NCBI GenBank assembly: GCA_965242525.1
Contig: OZ251459.1
Location: 1,408,001 to 1,472,000 of the forward strand
Direction: 5' to 3'
Origin: an uncultured Candidatus Binatia bacterium
GTDB taxonomy: Bacteria; Desulfobacterota; Binatia; UBA9968; JAJDTQ01
DNA length: 64,000 bases
In this document: positions 45,179 through 55,553 of the stretch, in pieces
Position numbering within the stretch: position 1 is the first letter of the stretch
How the letters are laid out: every line of letters begins with the position of its first letter
Program-made: the position numbers and the translations under genes
The notes under the pieces: model-generated
Database searches by the model: none
Told to the model about the DNA's origin: nothing
What the model saw: only the letters and a program-made list of their open reading frames with translations

Positions 45179-46102
45179 TCACGAAAGGCATCGCGGAACC
45201 ACCTCCGTGCCCAACCTCTCGATCTGCTCGTGGAGGGCCTCGGGCGGACAAGCCGGGCGGGCGACGAACTTCGACGCGCCCGCATCCATGTAGCGCCGGA
45301 CCATGGCGGTGATGTCGTCGGCGCTTCCGAGCGCCGACGTTTCGACGAAGTCCACCTCCGGACGGTTCCGAAGCGCATGGGGCCGGGCGAGCCTGGCCCC
45401 TGCCGCGGGATCCCTCGCGAAACAGAAGTTGAACAGCACGCCGAAGTGGTCTTGGTCGATGGCGCGGCCGTATTCCGCGGCATGGCCGCGGATGCGGGTG
45501 ATGGCGGACCCCACTTCGTCGGGGGTCATCTGCGAGCCCAGCCAGCCGTCCGCAAGGCGCGCAGCCCGTCGAAACGCGGCTCCGCTGCGTCCGCCGACCC
45601 AGATGGGAGGAGCGGTCCGTGCCGGCCTGGGTTGGATCGATACCTTGTCGAGTTGGTAGAACCGCCCCTGGAAGCTCACCTCGTTGCCGGACCACAGGGC
45701 GCGCAACAGGTGGACGGCTTCCTCCGTGCGTCCCGCCCGCTCCGAACGGGCAATGCCGCAGGCCCGCGGCTCGGACTCCTCGTCGCGTCCCAGACCCACC
45801 GCAAGCAGCAGGCGCCCGCCCGAGAGGAAGTCCAGGGTGGCCAACTCCTTGGCCAGCACGGTGGGGTTTCGGAGCGGGAGCGCCAGCACGCTGGTGCCGA
45901 ACTTCATCTTCCGGGTGCGCGCGGCCACCCAGGACAGGGCCACCACCGGCTCCAGGCTCAAGGCCTCGGACACCACCCGGTCGCTCAGCCACAGGGAGTC
46001 GATGTCCAGGGACTCCGCCAAGTCGATGGCGCGCCGGAACGCTTCGGGGTTGGCGTCGCCGAAGGGCCAGCCGCTGAATCCGATGCCGATGCCGATGGCC
46101 AT
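45179..46102 (-). CDS. LLM-class flavin-dependent oxidoreductase
   Basis: DSLWLSDR, FGTSVLALPLRNPTVLAKELATLDFLSGGRL, PPIWVGG. Confidence 0.9.
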   Translation of the reverse strand: MAIGIGIGFSGWPFGDANPEAFRRAIDLAESLDIDSLWLSDRVVSEALSLEPVVALSWVAARTRKMKFGTSVLALPLRNPTVLAKELATLDFLSGGRLLLAVGLGRDEESEPRACGIARSERAGRTEEAVHLLRALWSGNEVSFQGRFYQLDKVSIQPRPARTAPPIWVGGRSGAAFRRAARLADGWLGSQMTPDEVGSAITRIRGHAAEYGRAIDQDHFGVLFNFCFARDPAAGARLARPHALRNRPEVDFVETSALGSADDITAMVRRYMDAGASKFVARPACPPEALHEQIERLGTEVVPRCLS

Positions 46103-46437
46103 GTGGTCCGTTCTACCAGATCGGGCCGGGGATCCTCCAACGGTTCGCGCGCCCGGGGCGGCCCGCGCCCGAACGCCCTTCCGGGACTCGCCTCCCCCGA
46201 GGCGATTGACGGACGGCGCGGATGGTACTATGGAAAGAGCCTCCGGGCGGCTCCCGATCCACCAGACCACAGCCGGAAAGACGCACCCCTTATGGCGCCC
46301 ATCACGCGGCCGACATCCACCATCGTCCCCGGGGTCCTTCGAGGACCCTGCGGCCGGGAAGAACCCCGGCCGGCGATTCCCGGAACACGCAGGCGCACCG
46401 GGGCCCGACCGGGACGAGGCTTGCGCCCGGGACTCCC

Positions 46438-47376
46438 ATGATCCATCTGCAACTGGCGGTCGGCACCGTGCTGCTCCTGGCCGGAGCCGAGTTCGTGTTG
46501 CGCGGCGCGGTGCAGCTTGCCTCGCGCCTCGGGGTCTCGCCCTTGATCATCGGGCTCACCGTGGTGGCCTGGTGCACCACCATGCCCGAGCTGGTGGTCA
46601 GCCTGGAGGCGGCCGTCCGCGGCGCGCCCGGCATCGCCATCGGGAACATCATCGGCAGCAACCTCTGCAACCTGCTCCTGATCCTCGGGGCGGCCGCATG
46701 CGTCTGTCCGATGGCGGTGGAGCCGCGCGTGGTCCGGTTCGAGGGCGGCACGGCCATCGGCGTCACCGCGCTGTTCTTCGTCCTGGCGATGGTCGGCAGC
46801 CTGAGCCGCTTCGACGGCGTGCTGCTGCTGGCCTGCCTCGTCTCGTTCACTGCGGCCTCCTACCTGCGAGCCCGCTACGGCGACCCCCAGGCTCCAGCGG
46901 AAGAGCAGGCGCCGGGCCAGCGCCTCTGGATGGTGGTGGGCAAGCTCGCCCTGGGCCTCGGCGGCGTCATCGCAGGCTCCCACCTGCTGGTGGAGGGCGC
47001 CATCGGCCTTGCGCGCCTGCTCGGGGTGTCGGAGGCGGTCATCGGCGTGACGGTGGTGGCCATCGGCACCTCGTTGCCGGAGCTTGCCACCGCGGTCGTC
47101 TCCGCCTACCGCCGCCATCCCGAGGTGGCGGTGGGCAACGTGCTCGGCGCCAACATCTTCAACCTGCTGGGCATCGGCGGCTTGGTGGCGACCGTCCATC
47201 CCCTGGACGTCCCGGCGCACCTCCGCGACCTCGCCCTCGGGACCATGGGGGCGGTGACGGTCCTGCTGGTCTCGTGGCTGATGTTCCGGGGGCGGCTCGG
47301 ACGCCCCACGGGCGTCCTCTGCCTGACCGCCTACGCCGTCTATATCTACGTCGAGTACGGACCGCTCACCGGATAG
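46438..47376 (+). CDS. Calcium/sodium antiporter (CaCA/YrbG family)
   Basis: Two alpha-repeats: TTMPELVVS...GNIIGSNLCN and GTSLPELAT...GNVLGANIFN. Confidence 0.9.
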   Translation: MIHLQLAVGTVLLLAGAEFVLRGAVQLASRLGVSPLIIGLTVVAWCTTMPELVVSLEAAVRGAPGIAIGNIIGSNLCNLLLILGAAACVCPMAVEPRVVRFEGGTAIGVTALFFVLAMVGSLSRFDGVLLLACLVSFTAASYLRARYGDPQAPAEEQAPGQRLWMVVGKLALGLGGVIAGSHLLVEGAIGLARLLGVSEAVIGVTVVAIGTSLPELATAVVSAYRRHPEVAVGNVLGANIFNLLGIGGLVATVHPLDVPAHLRDLALGTMGAVTVLLVSWLMFRGRLGRPTGVLCLTAYAVYIYVEYGPLTG

Positions 47377-47413
47377 GCGCAAGAGGGGCGGCTCGCCCCT
47401 TCATCGCGCCCCT

Positions 47414-47761
47414 TCACGGGTCCATGGACGAGCCCCGGTACTTGTCCTTCAACTCGTCGATGACCGTGCCCCGCCAGAACTTCACCCCCACCTGGTACCC
47501 GGCCCGGCCGATCATGTGCGCGGACACCGGCGCGGTGAGGAAGACGAACAGGGTGATGGCCAGCACCCGGACGGTGACGCCCAAGTCCGGGAAGTAGAGC
47601 GCCACCGACGCCATCAGGAAGAAGACCCCCAGGGTGGGGGGCTTGGTGGCGGTCTGCATTCGGGTCAGCAGGTCCGGCATCCGCAGGATTCCCAGGCACC
47701 CCAGGAACATGAAGGCGGTGCCGACGACCATGAAAACGCCGCAAACGATGTCAGTCACCAT
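47414..47761 (-). CDS. mrpG: Mrp Na+/H+ antiporter subunit G
   Basis: RMPDLLTRMQTATKPPTLG, LTAPVSAHMIGRA. Confidence 0.92.
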   Translation of the reverse strand: MVTDIVCGVFMVVGTAFMFLGCLGILRMPDLLTRMQTATKPPTLGVFFLMASVALYFPDLGVTVRVLAITLFVFLTAPVSAHMIGRAGYQVGVKFWRGTVIDELKDKYRGSSMDP

Positions 47762-48020
47762 GATGCGCCCATTTCTCGATGTAGCGGGCGAAGGTCACCG
47801 TGCCCAGGAACGCCACCAGGGCGAGCACGATGGCCACGTCCAGATAGACCCGCTGGTCGAACGCCACCGCGTAGAGGGCGGCGATGCCCACGCCCACGGT
47901 GGTCAACAGGTCCAGGGCCACCAGCCTGTCGGGTATGTTGGGGCCGCGGACCAGGCGGATGAAGGCCAGCACGATGCCGAGGCTGAGGACGGCCAGCAGA
48001 ACGAAAGCCAGTTGGGTCAT
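47751..48020 (-). CDS. mrpF: Mrp subunit F
   Basis: RLVRGPNIPDRLVALD...FLGTVTFARY. Confidence 0.92.
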   Translation of the reverse strand: MTQLAFVLLAVLSLGIVLAFIRLVRGPNIPDRLVALDLLTTVGVGIAALYAVAFDQRVYLDVAIVLALVAFLGTVTFARYIEKWAHHGD

Positions 48021-48490
48021 CGCAGCAACTCCATGACGCGCTTCTCGAACCCGTCCTTGATGGACCGGCGCAACTCGTCCGCGTCGTCCACGTACATGGC
48101 GTGTATGTAGAGCACCCGACGGTCGTCCGACACGTCGAGGCTCAGGGTGCCGGGGGTCAGGGTGATGAGGTTGGCCAGCAGCGTGATCTCGGCGTCCGTC
48201 TCCACGTCCAGCGGGATCGCCACCACCCCGGGCTTCATGTTGTGCGACGGCGTCGCCACCTCGTAGGCGATGCGCAGGTTCGCCAGCAGCAGTTCCCAGG
48301 CGAACAGAGAGCCCAGCCGGAGACCCTGCCACAGCTTCTCGTAGTACCGCGACGGCCGCAGCAGCCGCCGCACCGAGTACAGGATCACGAAGCCCAGCAC
48401 GAAGCCCGCGGCGAGGTTCAGGGCGGTCACCTCCCCGGTCAACGCGGCCCAGCTCAGGGCGAGCATGATGTTCCACAACAGGGCGGTCAC
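48017..48490 (-). CDS. mrpE: Mrp subunit E
   Basis: [18 protein letters not shown]...LYIHAM. Confidence 0.92.
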   Translation of the reverse strand: MTALLWNIMLALSWAALTGEVTALNLAAGFVLGFVILYSVRRLLRPSRYYEKLWQGLRLGSLFAWELLLANLRIAYEVATPSHNMKPGVVAIPLDVETDAEITLLANLITLTPGTLSLDVSDDRRVLYIHAMYVDDADELRRSIKDGFEKRVMELLR

Positions 48491-49986
48491 GGTCCTCCCC
48501 TCACCCGGAGCACCGCGCGGATGTACGGCTCCGGGTCCATCAACTCATGGCCCGCCTGGAGGGCCAAGTCGAAGAACGGCCCCGCGACCACCCCCAGCGC
48601 CACCGCCAGCACCGCCAGGGTCACGATGGGGCCGAACAGGAGGGCCGCGCCGCGGCCCGTCGGGTTCACCGGGGTGTCCGCGGGCAGCGGTTTCCAGAAC
48701 GCCTCGGCCCAGATCTTGGTCATGGAGAAGAGCGTCAGCAGGCTCACCCCCAGGGCCGCGGCCACCAGCGCGAACTGCCCGATGTCGAGCCCCGCCTTGA
48801 CCAGCACCAGCTTGCCGAAGAAGCCGGAGAGCGGCGGTGCCCCCGCGAGGGAGAAGGCGGACACCGCGAACAGCAGGGAGAGCCAGGGATGGCTCCGGTA
48901 CAGGCCCCCCAGCTTCTTCAAGTCGTAGGTGCCGTGCAGGCGGTACGAGACCCCGCTCACCAGGAAGAGGTTGGTCTTGACGAAGATGTTGTGCACGATG
49001 AAGAACACGGCGCCGGCCAGGGCCAGGGGGGTGAAGAACCCGAGCCCCATGACCATGTAGCCGATCTGGCTCACGATGTGGAAGGAGAGCAGCCGGCGGA
49101 ACTCGTACTGGGCCACCGCGCCCAGCACCCCGGTCACCATGGTGACGCCGCCGGCGGCCAGGATCAGGGTGTGGGTATAGTCCACGTTGTCCAGGAACAG
49201 CAGGGTGAAGACCCGGATCAGGGCGTACACCCCCACCTTGGTCAACAGCCCGCCGAACAGGGCCGAGACCGCCACCGGCGGCGTGTGGTAGGACGCGGGG
49301 AGCCAGAAGAACAACGGGAAGATGGCTCCCTTGATGCCGAAGGCCACCAGGAACAGGATGGCCAGCGTGGTGACCACGCCCGGATGGCCTGCGCCCGCGA
49401 GGCGCTGGGACAGGTCCGCCATGTTGAGGGACCCGGCCATGGCGTAGAGGACCCCCACCGCGGCCAGGAAGAACGCCGACGCCACCAGGTTGAGGGTGAC
49501 GTACTTGATGGCGCCCTCCAGTTGCGCGCGTTCGCCGCCCAGGGCGAGCAGGACGAACGACGAGATCAACAGCACTTCGAACCACACGAAGAGGTTGAAG
49601 ATGTCGCCCGTCAGGAAGGCGCCGGAAACCCCCATGACCAGGATGTTGAGCAGCGGATAGTAGCCGTAGGCCTCGCGCCCCCGGTCCACGGTCGCCAGGG
49701 AATAGACCACGATCACCAGCACCACCACGCCGGTGGCGGCGATCATGATGGCGCTGAAGGTGTCGGCCACCAGGGTGATGCCGAAGGGCGCGGCCCAGTC
49801 GCCCTTCTGCACCGCCTGTATCCCCTCCCCGGCCACCCGGCCCAGGAGCACCATGGAGACCGCGAAATAGGCGATGCTGCCGGCCAGGGTGAGGATCCGC
49901 TGGGCCGTGGGGCGGCGCCAGACCACCACGCAGCTCGCCCCCACCAGCAGGGGGAGCAGGATGGGCAGTGCGATGAGCGAGTTCAC
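48487..49986 (-). CDS. mrpD: Mrp subunit D
   Basis: [44 protein letters not shown]. Confidence 0.93.
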   Translation of the reverse strand: MNSLIALPILLPLLVGASCVVVWRRPTAQRILTLAGSIAYFAVSMVLLGRVAGEGIQAVQKGDWAAPFGITLVADTFSAIMIAATGVVVLVIVVYSLATVDRGREAYGYYPLLNILVMGVSGAFLTGDIFNLFVWFEVLLISSFVLLALGGERAQLEGAIKYVTLNLVASAFFLAAVGVLYAMAGSLNMADLSQRLAGAGHPGVVTTLAILFLVAFGIKGAIFPLFFWLPASYHTPPVAVSALFGGLLTKVGVYALIRVFTLLFLDNVDYTHTLILAAGGVTMVTGVLGAVAQYEFRRLLSFHIVSQIGYMVMGLGFFTPLALAGAVFFIVHNIFVKTNLFLVSGVSYRLHGTYDLKKLGGLYRSHPWLSLLFAVSAFSLAGAPPLSGFFGKLVLVKAGLDIGQFALVAAALGVSLLTLFSMTKIWAEAFWKPLPADTPVNPTGRGAALLFGPIVTLAVLAVALGVVAGPFFDLALQAGHELMDPEPYIRAVLRVRGGP

Positions 49987-50327
49987 GTGTCCGTGGCCTT
50001 CATGTCGTCGAGGTCGTCGGTGCCCACGGTCTGGTACGCCCGGTAGGCCAGCACCATGGCGAAGGCCTGCACGCCGAAGCTGATGACGATGGCGGTGAGG
50101 ATCAACGCCTGGGGCAGCGGGTCCGCCGCCTCGGTGATGGCCTTGGCCCCCTGGGGGATCACCGGGGGGACCGCGCGGGTGAGGCCCGCGGCGGTGAACA
50201 CCAGCAGGCTCGCGCCGTGGGCCAGCAACCCGAGCCCGATGATCAGCTTCACGATGCTCCGGCGCATGAGCATGTAGATGCCGGAGGCGTAGAGTCCGCC
50301 GATGACCACCGCGAGCAGGGCTTCCAC
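49983..50327 (-). CDS. mrpC: Mrp subunit C
   Basis: [17 protein letters not shown]; GTG start at 50327. Confidence 0.92.
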   Translation of the reverse strand: MEALLAVVIGGLYASGIYMLMRRSIVKLIIGLGLLAHGASLLVFTAAGLTRAVPPVIPQGAKAITEAADPLPQALILTAIVISFGVQAFAMVLAYRAYQTVGTDDLDDMKATDT

Positions 50328-50749
50328 TAGTCTTCCTCCGCTTCCTCCGCCAGGCTGATGATGACGAGGATCACCACCCCCACCACCACCAGATAGACGC
50401 CCATGTCGAAGAGCAGCGGCGTGCCCAGGTGGAGGTCGAGGCCCAGGACGTACAGGTGCGCCCACTGGCCGGTCATGAACGGCTGTCCCTCGAACAGGGG
50501 CCACACGCCGCTCAGGGCCGCGGTCAGCAGCCCCCAGGCGATGATGGTCTGGGCGCGGCAGGGCAGGAACCGGCGCATGGAGCGCACGTCGTAGGCGATG
50601 GCGTAGAGGGTCAGGGCCGCGGCCAGCACCAGGCCGCCCACGAACCCGCCCCCGGGGTCGTTGTGCCCGCGGAGCAGCAGGAAGACCGAGAACTGGAACA
50701 GCAGGATCAGGAGGAACCGGCTTGCGGTCCTGAGGATCAGCGAGTTCAA
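50327..50749 (-). CDS. mrpB: Mrp subunit B
   Basis: [26 protein letters not shown]; TTG start overlapping the mrpA stop. Confidence 0.9.
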   Translation of the reverse strand: MNSLILRTASRFLLILLFQFSVFLLLRGHNDPGGGFVGGLVLAAALTLYAIAYDVRSMRRFLPCRAQTIIAWGLLTAALSGVWPLFEGQPFMTGQWAHLYVLGLDLHLGTPLLFDMGVYLVVVGVVILVIISLAEEAEED

Positions 50750-53034
50750 GCGTCCCCTCCCTTCCCCGACCGGAGCCGGACCAGGGAATACACGCCGATG
50801 CCCGCAACCGCCAGCACGGTGATCTCGCCCAGGGTGTCGAAGCCCCGGAAGTCCACCAGGATCACGTTCACGATGTTGCGGCCGTGGCCCAGCAGGAGCG
50901 AGTTCTCGGAGAAGTAGGTGGAGATGGTGGGATGCCACTGGACCGAGGTGGCCACCAGCACCAGCAACGTGAAGAGCGCGCCCACCGAGGTCCCGATGAC
51001 CGCATGGCGCAGCATGGCCCCGCGGGTCGAGAACCGCTTGAACGGGGGCATGTAGTAGAACACGAACACGAACAGGATGAGCGACAGGGTCTCGATGAGG
51101 AACTGGGTCATGGCCAGGTCGGGAGCGCCGAACAGGACGAAGAGCAGCGCCACGCTGTAGCCCACCACACCCAGGGCCATGACCGCGCGCAGGAAGGTCT
51201 GGGCCCGCACCGTGGCCACCGCGCCCACCAGCGCCACCAGGGCCACCACCCCTTCGTGCACGCCCACGTCGCCCCAGTCCACCTCCACCACGCCCAGGTC
51301 GGCCTGGGCGAGGAAGGTCGTCCAGGCCAGCACCGCGGTGACGGTCATGACCGTGGCCAGGTACAACCGCAGGTACCCGTTCTGGAGCCAACGGGTCTGG
51401 GTCACCGCGGACCAGTTCAGGGAGCGGAGCCACAGGGCGTACCAGTGGGACGGGCCGCGGCGGGCCGCGGGAAGCGCGAACTCCGCGGCCCGCAGCAGCT
51501 CGGCGCGCTTCCGGTAGAGCAGCGCGCCCGCGGCGAAAGTGGCCAGGCTCAGCAGCAGCACCGGACTGAACCCATGCCACAGGGCCAGGTGGAAGTCCAC
51601 GGGTCGGGCCAGCACCGAGCCCGCGGCCGCGGACAGCAGTCCCTCGGCAAGCGCGGGCATCGAGCCGAAGACCACGCTCAGGCATCCCAGGAAGACGGGG
51701 CCCATCCACATGCTCCAGGGCGGGTCGTGGGGATGCTTCGGGGTATGGGTCTCGGCGCCGGTGAAGGGCCGGACGCCGGCCAGCCAAGCCACCGCCAGGA
51801 GCAGCATGCTGGCGAGCGCTCCCACCGCGGTCACCAGCATGTTCTCATGGGTCAAGGCTTCGTAGAGCTGCTCCTTGCCCACGAAGCCGAAGAACGGGGG
51901 CAGGCCGGCCATGGACAGGGCCCCCACCGCGGCGCCGGCGCAGACCAGGGGCATGGTCTTGCGGAGTCCCCCCAGGAGCCGCACGTCCCGGGTGCCGGTC
52001 TCGTGGTCGATGGCCCCGGCCACCAGGAACAGGGCCGCCTTGTAGAGGACGTGGGCCAGGAGGAAGACCATGGCCGCCTGGACGGCCAGGGCGCTGCCCA
52101 GGCCCATGAGCATGGTCAGGGCGCCCAGGACGCTCACCGTGGAATAGGCCAGGAGCTTCTTCAGGTCGGTCTGGTGGAGGGCCTGCCAGGCGCTGGCCAG
52201 CATGGTCGCCGCGCCGAAGCCGGTGACCGCGTAGAACCAGAGGTCGCTGCCCCCCAACGCCGGGCTGAGCCGGGCCAGCAGATAGACGCCCGCCTTCACC
52301 ATGGTGGCGGAGTGGAGGTAGGCGCTCACCGGCGTGGGCGCCTCCATGGCCGAGGGCAGCCAGAAGTGGAACGGGACCTGGGCCGACTTGGTGAACGCGC
52401 CGGCGAGGACCAGGGCCAGGGCCAGGGGATAGAGGCGGTGGCCCTGCAGGGCGTCCGGGTCCAGGGACGAGATCTCGAAGCTGCCGCCCATCTGGGCCAT
52501 GAGCAGGACCCCGGCCATGAGCGCCAACCCGCCCGCGCCCGTGACCAGGAGCGCCTGCAGCGCGGCCGCCCGCGCGGTGTCCCGGTCGTGCTCGAACCCG
52601 ATGAGGAAATAGGAAGTGAGGCTGGTGAGCTCCCAGAACACGAACATCGCGATGAGGTTGTCGGACAGGACCAACCCCAGCATGGACGCCATGAACATGA
52701 GGAGGAAGAGGTAGAAACGGGGCAGCGAGGGATGGCCTTCGAGGTAGCTGCCGGCGTAGGCCATGACGATGGTCCCCACCACCGTGATGGCCAGCGCGAA
52801 CAGGAGGCCGAGACCGTCTAGGTGGAACGACAGCTCCAGCCCCATGGCCGGGACCCAGGGATAGGCCTCGCGCACCCCTTCGCCCGCCACCACGCCGGCC
52901 GCGTGGCTCAGGAAGTAGAGGGCGAGGGCCGCGGGGAACGCGGCGAAGAGGCGTCCCGCCCACCGGACGCTCACGCGGCAGAGGGACGGGGCCAGCAGGG
53001 CTGCGGCGAAACCGGAAAGGACGGCGACGATCAT
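50746..53034 (-). CDS. mrpA: Mrp subunit A
   Basis: [59 protein letters not shown]. Confidence 0.95.
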   Translation of the reverse strand: MIVAVLSGFAAALLAPSLCRVSVRWAGRLFAAFPAALALYFLSHAAGVVAGEGVREAYPWVPAMGLELSFHLDGLGLLFALAITVVGTIVMAYAGSYLEGHPSLPRFYLFLLMFMASMLGLVLSDNLIAMFVFWELTSLTSYFLIGFEHDRDTARAAALQALLVTGAGGLALMAGVLLMAQMGGSFEISSLDPDALQGHRLYPLALALVLAGAFTKSAQVPFHFWLPSAMEAPTPVSAYLHSATMVKAGVYLLARLSPALGGSDLWFYAVTGFGAATMLASAWQALHQTDLKKLLAYSTVSVLGALTMLMGLGSALAVQAAMVFLLAHVLYKAALFLVAGAIDHETGTRDVRLLGGLRKTMPLVCAGAAVGALSMAGLPPFFGFVGKEQLYEALTHENMLVTAVGALASMLLLAVAWLAGVRPFTGAETHTPKHPHDPPWSMWMGPVFLGCLSVVFGSMPALAEGLLSAAAGSVLARPVDFHLALWHGFSPVLLLSLATFAAGALLYRKRAELLRAAEFALPAARRGPSHWYALWLRSLNWSAVTQTRWLQNGYLRLYLATVMTVTAVLAWTTFLAQADLGVVEVDWGDVGVHEGVVALVALVGAVATVRAQTFLRAVMALGVVGYSVALLFVLFGAPDLAMTQFLIETLSLILFVFVFYYMPPFKRFSTRGAMLRHAVIGTSVGALFTLLVLVATSVQWHPTISTYFSENSLLLGHGRNIVNVILVDFRGFDTLGEITVLAVAGIGVYSLVRLRSGKGGDA

Positions 53035-53058
53035 CGGGACTGTCCGCGGCGAAAGGGG

Positions 53059-53814
53059 CTACGACGTCCACACCCCGTGGGGGTCATACTTCCTCACGGC
53101 CCGGAGCTCGTCCCGGGACGGCGCCGCGGTCTCGGCGAGGTCCGGGGACGCCTCGAGCGGCCAGTCCGTCTCTCCCCGGACGTCTTCCAGGGTCACCCCG
53201 GGATGGCAGGACTCCACCTGCATCTCCCGGGTACCGGGGTCGAAGGAGAAGATGCCGAGACTGGTGATGGTGCGGCTCGGCCCGCCTCCGGCCAAGCCCC
53301 GGCGCTCGCGCCAGCCGGGGCCGTCGCCGTAGCCTGGTGAGGTGACGTAACGGACCCGGGGCACGAAACGCCGCCGTTCGTGCTGCATGATGATGACGCA
53401 CCGACCGGCCAGTGTGGCGATGTCCGCGGCCCCGCCGCTGCCCGGAAGCCGCACCCGCCGCCCCTCGTCCCCCACCCAGTGGGTGTTGAGGTTGCCGTAA
53501 CGATCGACCTCGGCGCCGCCGATGAACCCCATCTCCACCCGGCCGCTCTGGAGCAGGCTCATGACCTCGATCAGGCCGCAGCAGAAGAGCGCCCCCGCCA
53601 CGTTGGGAGGGTCGCTCATGGTGAAGATCGGCTCCAGGGCCGGCCAGTCCCGCACCACTCCGCTCTCGAATATGCCGACCGCGTTGGGCGCGTGGAGCTC
53701 CTTGGCCACCGCGAACCCCAGCAGCGGCAACCGCATGCCCACGAACACGCGCTCGCCGTCGCGGATCTCGCGCGCCGCGGCAATGACCATGAGCTCTCGC
53801 CGTGTGTACTCCAT
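53059..53814 (-). CDS. Family I CoA-transferase beta subunit (glutaconate CoA-transferase-like)
   Basis: AAAREIRDGE, FESG, GAEVDRYGNLN, LPGSGGAAD. Confidence 0.88.
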   Translation of the reverse strand: MEYTRRELMVIAAAREIRDGERVFVGMRLPLLGFAVAKELHAPNAVGIFESGVVRDWPALEPIFTMSDPPNVAGALFCCGLIEVMSLLQSGRVEMGFIGGAEVDRYGNLNTHWVGDEGRRVRLPGSGGAADIATLAGRCVIIMQHERRRFVPRVRYVTSPGYGDGPGWRERRGLAGGGPSRTITSLGIFSFDPGTREMQVESCHPGVTLEDVRGETDWPLEASPDLAETAAPSRDELRAVRKYDPHGVWTS

Positions 53815-53942
53815 GAGGTCGGCAACGGAAGGACCGGGACTCCTCGCCGCGGTCTCCCCTCCTGACGGTCCCATTCCCGGTAGCATCCCCGGCCAATGGA
53901 TTCAAGGAGACCCCGGACAACCGGACAGGGAGGGGGGCATGG

Positions 53943-54192
53943 GCGCGTCCTTCGACTCCGCTTCGCTACGCTCAGGACGAACGGGGAGAAGATGGTCGGG
54001 ACGGGGGAATCCATCCTCCGTGTTCAGCCGTTCCTCGATGGCCGGGACCTCCGGGCTTCCGGCGGCGCCGCGGCAGCCAGAGCCAACATCCATAGGAAAC
54101 TCTGAACGATCACCCCCGTTCGTCCTGAGCGTAGCGTAGCGAAGTCGAAGGACGCGCTTTCCCACAGGGAAGTGGGGTTCGAACCGGAATCG
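53943..54192. repeat. Inverted pair of REP-like repeats (copies 4 and 5) between the CoA-transferase genes
   Basis: Copy 4 at 53943-53986 (minus) and copy 5 core at about 54114-54157 (plus) are near-perfect reverse complements. Confidence 0.85.
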
Positions 54193-54237
54193 TCCAGGGT
54201 TTTCCATAGCTCATCCGCGGCGTCGCGAGCAGCCCCG

Positions 54238-55149
54238 CTAATACCCATAACTCACCGGCGCCGCCATGCGGTCGCGGTCCGGCCGGAGCCGCTGGACCCT
54301 CTCGCTGCCGAGCCGCTCCAGGTAACCGTCGTGCCCTTCGACTCCCAGCACCCAATGGTCCAGCCAAGCGCGGAACCCGTCCCGGTCCCGGGACTCGGCG
54401 TGGTAGTCGAAATAGAAGGCGTCGTCCCTGCGCGCGTACCCCTGGGTGGGCGACGGGTGGGAGCCCAACGGCACGCAGGCCACGGCCGCCACCAGGAAGC
54501 CGGGCGCCAGGGTGCGGTTGGGGTCGCTCAGGATCACGTCGTGGGAGACGATCTCCTCGCAGGTGAGCACCACCTTGCCCGCGGCCATGGCGGCGTCCTG
54601 GGTGACTCCCAGGTTGCCCCAGACGTGGGCGTTGCCGTCGGCGTCCGCCCGCTGCACGTGCAGGATGGCCACGTCGGGCTTCACCGCGCGCACCGCCAGC
54701 AGGTCCGCGCCGGTGAAGGGACAGGCCACCTCCGCGAACGACCCCTCGGCGCGGAAGTCGCTGCCCATGAGGGTGCGCGTGGGCAGGTACGGCACGCCCA
54801 TGGCCGCGGCCTTGAGGGCCAGGGCCATGGAGAAGTTGGAATGGTTCTCCACCTCCAGGGGCGCGGGTTCCCGCCGCTCCACCGCGCGCCGGTAGTTGTG
54901 CCCGAGGCCCGCGGCCACGTTGCCCACCCAGGCGCCGCTGACCTTGCGGACGCAGCCCGCGCCGATGAGCTGGTCGAACTGCATGTCCGAGATGGTGGTC
55001 AGCAGGTCCAGGTCCCGTTTCCGCTGGCGCATGATCTCGTAACCCGCGGCGAACGGGACGAGGGACTCCAGGGCGGCCCCCATGAAGACGGACATGCCGT
55101 CCTCGACCTCCTCGGCCACCGCGTCTCGAAGGCTGCGGAGCTTCGGCAT
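54238..55149 (-). CDS. Family I CoA-transferase alpha subunit
   Basis: DQLIGAGCV, AAAMGVPYLP, PDVAILHVQRADADGNA, GSHPS. Confidence 0.88.
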   Translation of the reverse strand: MPKLRSLRDAVAEEVEDGMSVFMGAALESLVPFAAGYEIMRQRKRDLDLLTTISDMQFDQLIGAGCVRKVSGAWVGNVAAGLGHNYRRAVERREPAPLEVENHSNFSMALALKAAAMGVPYLPTRTLMGSDFRAEGSFAEVACPFTGADLLAVRAVKPDVAILHVQRADADGNAHVWGNLGVTQDAAMAAGKVVLTCEEIVSHDVILSDPNRTLAPGFLVAAVACVPLGSHPSPTQGYARRDDAFYFDYHAESRDRDGFRAWLDHWVLGVEGHDGYLERLGSERVQRLRPDRDRMAAPVSYGY

Positions 55150-55350
55150 GGCGGAACGTTCTAACCGCTCGCCCCGCTCGAAGCAAGCGGCCTCGGAGCC
55201 CCGGGGGGCGCCGGCTCCCCCCGGCCGGAAGGCCCCCGCCGTGCCAGGGACCTCCCGGTAGCAGGCGTTGATCCCGGGGGACGCCGGTCCCCCGCGCCCG
55301 GAAGGCCCGGGACGAACCGCGGCCGGCGCGGTCCGCGCTCCCCGGACGGT

Positions 55351-55380
55351 TTGACGGCCGGGAGTCCCGCCCGATATAGA
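55351..55380 (+). promoter_or_regulatory. Possible sigma70 promoter TTGACG-N18-TATAGA
   Basis: Hexamers at 55351 and 55375, upstream of the Mo-oxidoreductase operon. Confidence 0.35.
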
Positions 55381-55392
55381 TAGCCGCCAGAA

Positions 55393-55510
55393 GGAAACTC
55401 CGAACGACGAACCCCGTTCGTCCCGAGCGCGGCGAAGCGTAGCCGAGGGAAGCGCAGCGCAGCGGAGTCGAACGACGCGCTTCCCCATGGGGAGGGGCAG
55501 CTCGAACCGG
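55393..55510 (+). repeat. REP-like repeat copy 6 (degenerate, internally expanded)
   Basis: GGAAACTCCGAACGACGAACCCCGTTCGTCCCGAGCG...GCGGAGTCGAACGACGCGCTTCCCCA. Confidence 0.75.
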
Positions 55511-55553
55511 GATGGGCCGGGGGTTCCGCAAACGGACAGCCGCCGGGGGATTC

